In this document: piece by piece, positions 27,434 to 41,129 of the stretch
Layout of the letters: each line of letters starts with the position of its first letter
Numbering within the stretch: the first letter of the stretch is position 1
NCBI GenBank assembly: GCA_051294375.1
Contig: CM119267.1
Coordinates: 10,287,458-10,351,457 of the forward strand
DNA: 64,000 nt
Direction of reading: 5' to 3'
DNA from: Paraspadella gotoi
Lineage: Eukaryota > Animalia > Chaetognatha
Notes under the pieces: generated by a model
The model's database searches: none
Told to the model about the DNA's origin: nothing
The model's input: the letters and a program-made list of their open reading frames with translations, nothing else
Made by a program: the position numbers and the translations under genes

Positions 27434-29407
27434 ATGAAAATCTCCGTCCGCGTCAGAGGCGAATGGTTTGCTGTTCCCTGTGGCGACGGCAGCCAGAGCG
27501 TCGGCTGGTTGAGCGCCCAGGCGCTGCAGCGCTTCGCAAAGCTACGCGGAGGTGGCGACGCCAAACCGTCTGCGTACGAGATGCGGCGGACTCGCGGCGG
27601 CGCCATCCTCGACTGGGAAGACGTCGTCCGCGACGTGTTGGACGACGACGACTTCGTCAGCCTCGTTCTCGAGTCGGACGTAGAGGATCACGCGTTCGTG
27701 GATCGGCCGCACCTTAACTTCGTGCCCGATCTCGTCTCCAGGGTGGACGAATTGAAGGAGGAGAGCGACGATTTCGTCCTCGACGGGGAATCCCTCTCCG
27801 TCGACGACGTGTTTCGACTCGGGAGCGGAAGCTACAAGATACGCCTCTCGGAGGAGGCGCGACGCCGCGTGCAAAAGTCGCGCGCGTTTTTGGAGGAGAT
27901 CGTGACAGAGAATAGGGTCGTCTATGGAGTGACGACGGGATTCGGAAAATTTGCTTCGACGGTCATCGAACCCGCGAATCTCAAGGAGCTGCAGGTCAAT
28001 TTGATTCGGTCGCACAGCGCGGGAGTCGGAAACCCTCTGCCACCGGAGCGAACGCGCATGCTTTTGGCGCTCAGGATCAACGTTCTGGCGAAAGGCTACT
28101 CGGGCATCTCCATAGAGAATCTCGATCGCTGCGTGGCATGCTTCAACGCCAACTGCTTGTCTTGGGTTCCGGAGAAGGGAACGGTGGGCGCGTCAGGGGA
28201 TTTGGCGCCGTTGGCTCATCTGGCGCTGGGATTGATGGGGGAGGGTAAAATGTGGAGCCCAGAGAGTGGCTGGGGCGAGGCCAAGTACATCCTGGAGTCG
28301 AAAGGGCTCGAGCCTTTGAATCTAAACGCCAAGGAAGGCATCGCCATGATCAACGGCACTCAGTTTATAGTGGCATTCGGGGCTGAAGCCGTGTCGAGGG
28401 CGCGGAACCTTGCCAAACAGGCCGACATCATCGCCGCTCTCACTCTGGAAGTCCTCAAAGGCACCACGGCCGCCTTCGGAAGCAACATTCAAAGGGTGCG
28501 CCCCCACACGGGACAGATCGAAACGGCGCGACGACTACGGTCGTTGCTGCACTCGGAAACCTACCCGTCGGAGATCACTATTTCCCACCGATTTTGCGAC
28601 AAGGTCCAAGACGCCTACACCATCCGATGCGTGCCACAGGTGCACGGAGTTGTCCACGACACCATCAAGTTTGTAGAGTCGATTATCCGGACGGAAATCA
28701 ACTCGGCAACCGACAACCCGCTCGTATTCGCCGATTCCAACGAGATCGTCTCCGCTGGAAACTTTCACGGGGAATACCCGGCCAAGGCCTGCGACTATCT
28801 CGCCATCGCCGTCCACGAGTTGGGCTCCATGTCCGAGCGGAGGACGGAACGACTCGTCAATCCCGTCTACAGCGGTCTTCCCGCTTTTCTGACTCACAGG
28901 GGCGGCCTCGAGAGCGGCTTCATGATGGCGCAGTGCACCGCCGCGGCTCTGGTCTCCGAGAACAAGGCGCTGTGCCACCCTTCCTCGGTCGATTCGCTCA
29001 CCACCTCGGCCGGCCAAGAGGATCACGTCTCGATGGGCGGGTGGGCCGCCAGGAAGTGCATACAGATCGTTGAGAACGTGGAACGCGTACTGGCCATAGA
29101 GCTGTTGGCCGCTTGTCAGGCCATGGAGTTTTTGCGACCCTTGCGCTCCACCAAGCCGATAGAGGCCGTCCACGCGGTCGTTAGGGAAGCCGCCTCAGCA
29201 TGGGACAAAGATAGATTTCTGGCGCCAGACATCGATGCCGTCACGGAGTTGCTGAAAAAGATGGATGTTTGGAAGGCTGCCAAGCCCTTTATGGACGCCT
29301 ACCATCTCAAGCAAATAATCGAAACGCCCGTCAGGTCGCCCACCTCAACCAAAAGCCAAAAGAGAAAGCTTTCTGTCGACGAAGTTAATGGGAGTGACAT
29401 GGACTAG
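27434..29407 (+). CDS. HAL: Histidine ammonia-lyase (histidase), animal type with Par3/HAL-like N-terminal domain; intronless CDS; 657 aa
   Basis: VYGVTTGFG, MIO-forming GTVGASGDLAPL, QDAYTIRCVPQVHG, SATDNPLV, SAGNFHGEY and QEDHVSMG motifs; N-terminal SVRVRGEWFAVPC. Confidence 0.97.
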   Translation: MKISVRVRGEWFAVPCGDGSQSVGWLSAQALQRFAKLRGGGDAKPSAYEMRRTRGGAILDWEDVVRDVLDDDDFVSLVLESDVEDHAFVDRPHLNFVPDLVSRVDELKEESDDFVLDGESLSVDDVFRLGSGSYKIRLSEEARRRVQKSRAFLEEIVTENRVVYGVTTGFGKFASTVIEPANLKELQVNLIRSHSAGVGNPLPPERTRMLLALRINVLAKGYSGISIENLDRCVACFNANCLSWVPEKGTVGASGDLAPLAHLALGLMGEGKMWSPESGWGEAKYILESKGLEPLNLNAKEGIAMINGTQFIVAFGAEAVSRARNLAKQADIIAALTLEVLKGTTAAFGSNIQRVRPHTGQIETARRLRSLLHSETYPSEITISHRFCDKVQDAYTIRCVPQVHGVVHDTIKFVESIIRTEINSATDNPLVFADSNEIVSAGNFHGEYPAKACDYLAIAVHELGSMSERRTERLVNPVYSGLPAFLTHRGGLESGFMMAQCTAAALVSENKALCHPSSVDSLTTSAGQEDHVSMGGWAARKCIQIVENVERVLAIELLAACQAMEFLRPLRSTKPIEAVHAVVREAASAWDKDRFLAPDIDAVTELLKKMDVWKAAKPFMDAYHLKQIIETPVRSPTSTKSQKRKLSVDEVNGSDMD

Positions 29408-30362
29408 CGAGGAGTGGACAAGCGAAAGACAAAAGAACATTGAACCAAGGATAAACTAAGGATGAACGATTCGACGGAGATTTTGGACTGTGTTGCTGTC
29501 TTTGTACAAAGGTTGGCAAATGAAATGGAACCCATGAATGTGATTCTGAAACTAATAATTTCTCGCTTTCCCGCCTTTTTTAAAACTGATTTTCTTATAT
29601 AACGACGTACGAGTTTTATTTAGAAACATTAAATTCGGAAATGTTTCGGCTTCAATGTTCGCCTTCAACAGCTAACAATTAACGCAACGAAATTAAAGAA
29701 AAACGAACAATATAACGATTAAAAATTATTCATGATTGAAGACTAATAATTCATATAGAAATGGTTGTATATAGTTAATTGATTGTAAATTATCTATTAT
29801 TTTTGGTCGTGTAACTGTGAATAAGGTTAGTTTATTTGGTTTTTTCAATTTACTTGTGCCTATATTTAACCGTTATCATTATGAATAAGAGCTGGCAAGA
29901 AATCTTTAGATAAAGTATTTTTATTCTAGAAAAAAATTGTAACATATTCTTCTAGTTTTATAAGTTAATTTCATTACATGGTTTTTCACTATATTTTTGA
30001 ATTTGTTGAGGTAGCAAAGAACTAAAGCTTTTATGAATAAATTATGACTTTGACAAAAGCTCAACCAAAGAGCATACATACGAGAACAGGACATTAGTTA
30101 ACAGTTATAAATAAGTTCGAAAACGGTCGGGATTTGTTAATTAATCTGTAACGCATAACGAATAATTTACGTAAATGATAGTGTAAAATTATTAACTTAA
30201 CGTAAAACAACAATGGGGTGATTAATTATACTATTTATTTTTTTTGAACGATGCGACATTTGATTATGAGTCTTTGGTCGAGAAGGAAAGGAGCAATTCT
30301 TCCGGGCATGATTGATTGATTGTATGATTGTATGATTGTTTGGCGCTGAACTTGTTGAGAAA

Positions 30363-31793
<1,431 letters not shown>

Positions 31794-32648
31794 ATTTATT
31801 TTGACAAATTGTCACCCTAATTTAGTTCGGTTTCCAAAGTTTTCAAGGTTGTCGCGTTGTATACGAGAAGTCAGGGCTCTCTCAGTTAAAAGCTACATCA
31901 GAAAACAGAGGTTTGACCGAAATCAATAAAAAAAAAAGAAGAAAAAACAGAACAGCATGAAACGATCAGTCGTGCCCTTAAATATGGGCGGTCACGTAAA
32001 CTATTTCGTGGAAATGTCTCCTCATGAAAAGACTCATGGGTTTGTACGGTTTTNNNNNNNNNNGTAGTGAAAACGCTGAAGAATTTAGTCACAAAAAAAA
32101 AAGATATTAAAAAATCCGAGAGGTCGTAAACCAAAATCCGAGCCGATGAAAACATCGCAGAGTCATGATAGCGTCTGTCTTGTCTCTCGTCGCGTTGAAG
32201 GTCCCGGGCATCGCGCGTGCACGAAACACGCCAATCGCAAGCTCGCTAGGGTATCTCGACCAATGAGAGAACGTTTTAATATTGTGTTATCGAAACTATA
32301 TTTTTATTTAGATTAGATTATATTTAATCAGAAAGACGGGCCGGGGGTGGGCCATGGGTCGCAGTTACAAATAATAACGCACAATCACAACTTAACAGAA
32401 CAGAAACACTCAAAAAATACAATCAATGCATTTACTTTCCGTTTAAGTAAATTAAGGTATAAGTATAACTATATTCTATAAGTTCCGGTTGGCAATCTTT
32501 ATCTCTAACTGTTGACTGTAACTGTAAAATATCCAATTGCAGTCAATTTTTCATATTTATTTATAGGTTAACATTCTTATTTTTCTCCTGTCTCGAAATC
32601 CCATCCATCTGAAGTCATCAGAATAAAACTAGTCCTTTAATAATAAAG

Positions 32649-32767
32649 TATGGTGGACTAAAATCCATCAACCGTTCATCAGCGGCCATTGGTGCCGGAG
32701 GCAGGTCGTTCGCCTACCAACCCAAAGGTCCGGGGTTCTAGCCCGGCGGCCGCCTAGCAGTTAAGAG
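32649..32767 (+). mobile_element. tRNA-derived SINE-like dispersed repeat, copy 1
   Basis: About 119 bp, similar to the reverse complement of 36589-36707. It has a tRNA-like core, GCGGCCATTGGTGCCGGAGGC...GGTCCGGGGTTCTAGCCCGGCGGCCGC, with a B-box-like GGTTCTAGCCC, followed by a (TAGT)n tail. Confidence 0.6.
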
Positions 32768-33136
32768 TTAGTTAGTTAGTTAGTTTTCTAACTAATAAAT
32801 ATTATAAGTTAATTACGAGTTTAACCAAGTCTTTTAGTATCACTCCAGGTTGAAGTCCCTGTAAATACGTACTATTTAGTATTTTAATTGAAAATAAAAG
32901 AAGTTTTTTTTCTAATTTAAAAGTTAATCAATCAAAGGAATGAATAAACGTGACTTTTTGAATTCTATATATTTTACAAACTCGCACTCTCTCACAAATA
33001 ATGACGAGGAAAAAAATAAAGAAAGAAGGCAAGCAAGCAAGAAAAAAGAAAGAAAGAAGGCAAGCAAGCAAGCAAGAAAATAATAAAGAAAAGAGCAAAT
33101 ATCGAAAGGGAGTAATTAGATGACAAATCCCTTCAA

Positions 33137-35337
33137 TCAAGCCTCGTGCTTCCTTCCTTTTCTCCTCCTCCGATTAATCGATCGACAACAGAAGATCGCG
33201 ACGACGATGGGCACGACGACGACGAGGTGCTCCACTTGGAACTCCCACATTGTCGTCGGACTCTTATCGACGATCCTCAACACGCGCTCGTGGACGAGCG
33301 GTTCCGGGAAGAGTGGATGCTCGAACCGGCAAGACGCTTTCTTTCCGTCGTCGCTCGGCGTCGGCACGAAGTAGACGCGAACGACGGCGCCCTCGCCGGG
33401 ATAAGGCTCCGGTCCGAGGAGGATCCTTTCCCCGACGCGTATGATCAGATTGGGGGGAATAAGTCGCTTAAACAGATCGTCGGGCAGCGAGCATCCCAAT
33501 CGCGTCGCTACGCCCACCTTCAAAGCGTCAAGCCCGCCGTCCAACGTGGCGTTCCCAGGTAAATGAAATATCGTCGGGTCGATTCTATCCGATTCCGCGG
33601 AAGCGTTGGTGACTCTATTGACCAAGACGCATTTGATGGAGGGGATGATCTCTTGGGATTCGATCAAGAGATCGGCCGACTGTCGGAGCCGGAATCCGGA
33701 CGGCTTATATTCCACGACGCCGGGCATCTTCGATATCTGCATGGACGACCCGACTTCCCATCGGAACTCTGCGATTTCCGGTTCAAAATCGTCGGCGGCG
33801 CACTTGACCCGAATGGATTTGGCGCCGGTTAGGCCGGCGTGGTTAAGTCTCTCGATCCCGATCCGAACTTCAGTGGGTCCGTAGGCGACTCTGAACGCCG
33901 CCGATGACACTTGAAGCGATCCCACCCCGTTGTCGGCCACGCATTCCACTTTCTTGCCGCTCAAGTCCCGTTTTGCCTTCAATTTCGCCTCCACAAGATC
34001 GTTTTTTCTCGCCAGTTTGACGCCGTCAAACATCAGTGTCAGCGGGCCTTTGGGATTTCCCGGCGCCATGGACCGGCATCGGATGATCGCTTCGGCGCCC
34101 TCGACGACCCACTCCGAGAACTCGATCGAAGGAGATCCCGGTTGATGACGGACATCGAGGAGTACTCCGACGGACGACGCTGTCAATTTCGTAACCGGAT
34201 TGACGGCCTCGCACTTGATTACGGCGCCGTGATCGGCGGCGACGGGGTTGAGACTCAACTCATGCGACGCCAAAAATCCGTGTGGGAAGTCGCCCGGCGT
34301 AGTGGAGGACGCCGGGACGGCCTTTTCTACTAAAGGTTTGTCCGCTTTTATCCATCGGAATTCCGGCGCCGGGTTGACCACGTCGCGCAACAAGCACTCC
34401 AGTTTCAGCGCGTCGCCGGAGTCGACCGAGGTGACGCCGACGACGACCGGCGCCATTTTGGGTCCGAAGGCGACTTTAAACGTGATCGGCGCGACGAGGA
34501 CGATGCCGTCGGCATGCGTAGCAGCGTTGAAGGCGCGACATTCTATGCGGCGCTCATTCCAGTCGATGCCGACACGGAAAACTGTGTTCGTACGGTTGGC
34601 GATGACGGGAGGTGTAAAAAAGACGCCGTCCGTGGTCCAAGTGAGTGACGCGGGCGGATTTCCGACGTCGCCATCGATCGAACATTTGAGCGACACCTCC
34701 TCGTCCTGCTTCAGAAACGTCGATGGATGATAGCCCGTAATTTTGGGTTGCTCCGGCGGCCAGATGATCGAGAGCTTGGCGGTGACTGCCACCTGGCCGC
34801 CGCCCGAATTCACCACCACGCAACGCATTTCCAAGCCGACGTCGTGTCGCGAAGGAGCCAAGGATAGTTGCGAGGTCACGACGTAGCCGACGATATCGCT
34901 TCCCGTGTGGTTGGTCTTTGAATTCATCGTGACGTTGTAGCCGTGATATATCCACCAGATGTCGGGGCGAGGGAGGGCGTTCGTCGCCGTGCATGTTAAA
35001 AAGCGGCGCGCTTTTTCGATCAAGGGGCTCTCCAGTCCTGGTACAAAGAGGAAATTTTAAAAAAATTATTGGCAAAAAGTTATTTTTTTAAAAAATTTGA
35101 TTAATTTGGATGAATTTTATTAGGAGATTTTATTTTATGCAGCAATTAAAAACTCTGTGTTAACCCAGGGTATCCAGAAAAAAAACAAACAAGACACTGA
35201 CCAGTCAGAACGACGTTCGGAACTCGGGTCCACGTTTCGTCGGCCTCAGGGTCGTGAAAAACAAAGTTACTGATGCTGTGAGGTAGAAGGAGGAAGATGT
35301 TGTGAAGGAGTAAGGGGATTCGGAGAAGATGTTTCAT
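33137..35337 (-). CDS. Nephrin/Kirre/sidestep-like multi-Ig single-pass membrane protein with a very short basic tail; 2 exons; about 680 aa
   Basis: Exon 35337-35202 (hydrophobic leader) splices in phase to exon 35037-33137. Repeated Ig strands (LTC..PRPDIWW; LKC..GNPPASLTW; LEC..NPAPEFRW; IRCRSMAPGNP; VKC..FEPEIAEFRW; LGC..ASCRFEHP). TM segment HLVVVVPIVVAIFCC followed by RSINRRRRKGRKHEA*. Confidence 0.85.
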
Positions 35338-35946
35338 CGTCGCCGAAATTCGGTGTTTAAGATTCGAGAATTAAAAATTAGAGAATCATTTTCATTTTGA
35401 ATCTATCCTAATGCGAACAAAAATAGAGAGAATTAGAAACTAAAGTCTTCAGCAGTCAAACCGGTTAAGTCTCGGGTCCAGTTCGCGTGCTGCTTGATGA
35501 TATTCGTAACCGGTTATGAGAAAAAAAAAACCTGCTGATCGTATCGTCTATGAATAAATTTGTAATAAATAAAAGGATTTATAACATTCGTAACATTGTT
35601 TTCAAGCTAAATTCAAACCAAAAATTCGTACGTTGAAAAACTTTAAATGATGGAAACGTTAACACAGCCAAAGAAAGGGCGGCTAAACTCAGCCCTATAC
35701 TCTTCCCAGGGAACTTTACTCAATCCAAAAATCACAACTGGAACTCGAATTTTCAATTCTTAAAAAAATCTGGTAATTACAAATTAACATTAGGTTTCAT
35801 TTGTAAATAAGTTGGTAGTTTGTGTAAATGTTCGTGTAAATGTAAGAGAATTATATGAAAATATTGAAGCTTGAAACCGAGATGCATATTCTTTGGAAAG
35901 AAATTCACAGAGAAACATTCTTTTACGTCTTTCTTTAGCAACAACC

Positions 35947-37607
35947 ATGGAATACACCGTCTCCCGCCTGACTCACGCCTTCGCCGCGTTCATTAGCGCC
36001 TTGGAAATTCTCTTCGTCCTGGGATCTGTCGTCGTCATGGCGATCGTCATCGACTTCAACCTCGCCCTCGTCCTCATGGAAGCGGCGTTGCTCGGTTGCG
36101 GCGTCGTCTCCGTCGGCGTCACCTGGTTTTTCGGCGCCAGTTTCGTTAGAGGCGAGGATTTTTCTTTCGCGTCGCGATTCTGGAAAAACTTATTTTTATT
36201 TGTATTCTTTAAAAGTGAAGAACCATCAAACTCTCAGACTGGTTTCCGCGATGATCTTTTGTTGGTGATTAACTTTCCAGCTTCGACATGGAGCGATCCT
36301 AGCGACAAAAAGTCTCCGCCTCTTGTTTTGCACCCGATTTGCTGGCATCGGGCGAAATTCCATCGCGGATCGAGATCGAGGGTCTCGCCGTGGACGCTCA
36401 TCCTTCACGCTTCGTTCTTCAGCCTTCCCTGTCTCTTGATTCAGGTTTAAGAGGGTTTTGACTTATTTTAGACTGAAGAGAGAGTAATTATTGATACGTG
36501 TTAATGACAGAACCGTTCAATATAAGCAGTCCCTGAGCTTCGGATCAGGCTGTAACACCGAGTTACAGGCGGGTTAAGCGCCCCGTCCCTCTTAACTGCT
36601 AGGAGGCCACCGGGCTAGAACCCCGGACCTTTGAGTTGGGAGGCGAATGACTTGCCTCCGGCACCAATGGCCGCTGATGAACGGTTGATGGATTTTGGTC
36701 CACCATAAGACCTAATTTAACTTTCTCTCCCAAACTTCCTTTCACTTGCAGCTTTACGTGAAGAGCATCTTTCTGGTTCACTGGTCGTCGCTGAGAACCT
36801 CTTTCGTCGCCACCACCGTCACCGAGCTGGTGGCGCCGTTCAATCGAGGCCTCGCCTTTAACGTCATGGACGACTCCTTAGTGGCCTTCCTTTTCCACCT
36901 GGTGGCCATCGCCGTCCACCTCGACAACTACCTTGTCTGCTTCTTTTTGTTTTTCGTCGACTCGTTCGAAAAAGAGGAGGAGGAAGAAAAGGAGGAAGAG
37001 GAGGAAGAGGAGGAAGAGGATAAGAAGATGGAAGTTTCTGGTGAGAGAATTTTTGAGAGTGAGGGAATATTTATTAATAATATTATTAATAATCGCTCTG
37101 TCTACGACGATGCCAGCCAAGAAATTGTGCTCGCTCAATTTTTTTAACTTTTCTTTCCAGTCTGCGACCCTCCTGAGGACCCATTCCAGCCACACTCCAT
37201 CCCGCTCCCTTCACCAACCATCAAGACGTCCGTCTACATTCGTCTCTCCGTCTGGACCCTCCTCGTCTCCTGGTTGGCCCAAGTCTGCCTCACCGTCCCC
37301 TCCATTTTCAACTGCTTCGTCGAGGGAAAGCTGCTCGACGGTGTGCTGCTGGCGCTGACCTTTCACCTGCTGCCGCTGCCCGCTCTCGCGGGAAGGGAGT
37401 GAGGAAGAATTGTCCGAATTTGAAATAAAGACTTAACGTTTTACTTTAGTATCTTGCTTTATTTTTAGACGCTGGCTGCGCAAGTGGAACTGCGAGTTGT
37501 CAAAAACGGATTTGATCGTCTTCTTCGCCGTCGTCGTCTTCGAAGCAACGATGGCCGTTTACTTCTTCGCCGGGAGTCTGGAGGCTCGTCATCAAGAGTT
37601 GGCCTGA
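35947..37607 (+). CDS. Multi-pass membrane protein, possibly XK-related (Xkr/CED-8-like); 3' end uncertain
   Basis: Phase-consistent exons 35947-36151, 36281-36444, 36752-37040, 37161-37398, 37469-37607, with many TM segments. SLPCLLIQLYV loosely resembles XK ESAPQLxLQLY, and FAVVVFEATM loosely resembles the XK ..EN.. helix. The duplicate copy lacks the stop at 37605. Confidence 0.55.
36589..36707 (-). mobile_element. tRNA-derived SINE-like repeat, copy 2 (intronic); a third copy lies at about 42420-42534 in the duplicated block
   Basis: Reverse-complement match to 32649-32767 with several substitutions; unrelated flanks. Confidence 0.6.
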
Positions 37608-39322
37608 GGTCGGAGAAGATTTCTCAACCATGCCGACAATCCAAAGGACAGCTTGATTATTGCTTGATTTCTGCGAGAATTTTTTTATACCAGTGCTAGT
37701 GAGAAAAATAATGATGTGCGTTTTCTCATTATTTCACTTGAAAATTATACTTAAAATTCGCAGAAAATTATACTTAAAGTTCTCTGAAAAATATATTTTT
37801 TGGGGCAAAATGTAGTTAGCATATTATATTGTTCAGTGCTATTTCATTGACAAACTTGGCATTCAGTATTTTTTTAAATGAAGCAGGTTTAGTAAAGTAT
37901 TTACATAATTAATTTGCTACTGTGGGATGTTCAATGAGTGATTCACCCAATTGAACCTCGTTTGAGAAAGAAAGGACATTGAAAAAAAAAAGAAAGGTTC
38001 TAACGAAAAGAAAGATCCTATTTACTCGTTAGAAGAAAGAGAGAAAAACTCTTTGCCCGGGATTTTCAGCCGAGTATTGAAAACAACGACAACAACAACA
38101 ACAGCGTTGACCAAACAATATCAACGATCCTCTTTGGTCGCAAAATCTTAAGCGAGACGCAAACATCACGTAGACCGGCGAAGTTTGTTTTTTTTCCAGA
38201 AGAAACGGGGCGAATCAAAGAAAAATTCCGAAATAAATAAGGGTCGACCGGTGGTATGTGTGACTTCTCTGGGGAAGGTCATGATGGGTTATTTATTTAT
38301 TCATTGCTCGTAAAATGTCATTGTTATAAACGGTTCTCGGTGTGACTCAATTTTGTTCTTTTGTTCATTTCGTGGAATCTGATAACGTAAATGAGGTTAA
38401 GATGACGCAAGATACGATGATGACGTGGACGACGACGACGATGAAGAGAACGAATACTAATGACGCCATCGACGTCACACCTTCAAGTCGACAGGTATTC
38501 GTGATAACACGAAAGAGGGAGTCCGGGGTTCGTGTCGAGGGAACCAGAAAATTTAGGGAGCGACGGGATGGTTTGGAAGGAGTGGAAAATGAATTAATAA
38601 CTATCTATAGGTGGCTAATATGGGCTATATTTAGAAATTATTTTTATAACTCGCTTTCTTCTTTTTGCCGAACGGAATCGAATTTGGATTCGAGACAAAA
38701 ATCGGAGGTTGCGGGCAGGGGGGGGGGAGAAGAAAGGGAATTGAGAATGAGCTCATTGGAGGTTCGGTTCTTGTTTATTCGAATGAGATTTTAAAAAAGA
38801 CAAAAGATTAGAGAGGAAAAAGGGAAAAGTAAAAGAAGAAAATGCAGGGAAAAAGAAGGGCCTATGTAAAATGGAAATAGTAAGTACCTAGAAATAATGA
38901 TATATAACTTTGAGGGAAACAAAATTACTAANNNNNNNNNNATTTTTAAAAAAAGAAAAAAGATTAGAGAGGAAAAAGGGAAAAGGAAAAGAAGAAAATG
39001 TAGGAAAAAAGAAGGGCCTATGTAAAATGGAAATAGTAAGTACCTAGAAATAATGATATGAAATTGGTACAACCAATATAAAAATTATCCATTCATTTAA
39101 TAAATAAGCTATCTTGCCCCTGACTTTGGACAGGCTTTGGTGGTTTAAGGCCTCCATCACTTATATAACTTTGAGGGAAACAAAATTACTAACATGAAAA
39201 ATATTAAAAGACGGGGGGAATAAAAAAGGACAAGAGGTAAGAGAAATATGAAAAAAAGCTCTCTCTCTCTCTCTCTCCTCTCTCTATCTCTCTCTCGGTC
39301 AAGGGCATTGGGATCGAAAGTT

Positions 39323-39372
<50 letters not shown>

Positions 39373-41070
39373 CTCTCTTTCTTGGTCAGANNNNNNNNNN
39401 NNNNNNNNNNNNNNNNNNNNNNNNNNNNNNNNNNNNNNNNNNNNNNNNNNNNNNNNNNTGGTCAAGGGCATTGGGATGGAAAGTTTCTTTTCTTCTGGAT
39501 CGCGGTGTAGACTGGGAAGGGTCCATTCGACGATTTCCGAAAAAGGGAAAGTCGATTGAATCGAATGGTCCCTTTGTACCAAGAGGAAAGAGGTTCTTGG
39601 GGAAAAGATTTTGGGACGGTGACGACGACGACAACGACGACAACGACGACGGCGACAATGTTGATTAAGAAAAATCTAGTCACGTGATCCTTGATCGAAG
39701 TGGAAGAAATTCCCTCACCAAGAGGCAAGAAAAACCAAACAAACTTTGCTGGCGCTCGATCACTACTTTCTCCAAAAACGGTCGCCGCTTCGCAAGTGGC
39801 AGGATTTCTTATTTCTGCGGTCGTGGATCGTTACTCAATTTAATTTACTAAGATGTTACAAAATTGTCAATCAATTTAATTGTCAGTCGGGAATAATTTC
39901 CAAATTTTTAACTAATTTTCCCTGATGTTACTTATGTCATAAGTAACATGTCATAACTCATAAGTTATGAATCACGATTTTGGTTTTTGCTTTAAAATTA
40001 GTATTTAAGATTGAAAAAATGTAGAAGGCCTACGAATGGCAGCTTTTTTTTAGCGGTAGGTATGAAATTATCGCCTTTATTCATGCATTATTAAAAAAAA
40101 GTAAAATTCGATCGATTTTANNNNNNNNNNTGTAAAAACATGGTTGTTCTCTTCTCAATCTTTGACCGGAAATCGATGACCAGAAAGAAACGTGCGCCCT
40201 CTTTAGTTTGACAGCAAAAAAGAAAGGAAGGCGATTGGACAGATGGAGACTGACCGTCGGAACTTGGCGTCCCGGCGTGCAACCAGACTGTGGATGGACA
40301 GAACGGGAGGACAAGAGGCGATTAGAAGGACCTATTCAATTGTTTTGTTGGTTTAAAATTGAAAAGAAAGAAAGAAAAAGTAGTAAATGCGAGAAACCGT
40401 CGGGCCATGGAAATGCGAAAGGTTAGAAAAATCTTCAACCGGCTGACGGAGGCACGGGGCGGCGCGGCGACGGGGCGGCTTTGGGGCGGGCCCGGCGTGG
40501 CGCATCGACGTCCGTACTCGCGTGACCCATAGAAAGAAAACGAGAAGAGACTTTTTTCCCTTCTCAGCCTTCCAGGTGGCGGCCGAAGATTCCAAGGAAA
40601 CGAAATTTATTTGCAGCGTCGCCGGGAAAACATCAACTACCTTCGCCACCCAGTAGATCGGGATTTCTTTTTTTTTTTTTATATTCGCTGCCAAGAAATT
40701 TGCGCCGTTACCGTCGCGGAACGAGCGTCATTTTTGGCGACGTTACAACTTTAGTCTCTGTTTTCTGATCGAATCTGGGAAATCGAGAAAAAAATAAACA
40801 AACACGAAGACATCGACCGCAAACAAACCCGGATAAGGAACTTTGTTCAAAAACCAAAATAGGGGAAGGAAATCAATTCTAATTAACAACTTCGTAAAAA
40901 TAACAAGTGCGAATTTACTGCGTTGGAGGAGACGACGACGAAGACGACGAAGACGACGACGACGACGAGAGCAGACGACATCGACGAGAACGAAAGAGCG
41001 AAAGAGAGACAGAGAGCGAGAGAAAGAGAAACAGAGAAGTCTGACTCCTAAAAGGATCCTTCCCAGTCTT

Positions 41071-41106
<36 letters not shown>

Positions 41107-41129
41107 AAGAAGGAATGCGAACAAAGAAG

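Noticed and set aside
27434-29407. Bacterial hutH horizontal transfer suggested by lack of introns
   Set aside because: It carries the animal-type N-terminal extension, and there are no neighbouring hut operon genes.
39925-39949. 25-bp near-perfect palindrome ATGTTACTTATG-T-CATAAGTAACAT
   Set aside because: Isolated, AT-rich and repeated only within the duplicated block; no associated element found.
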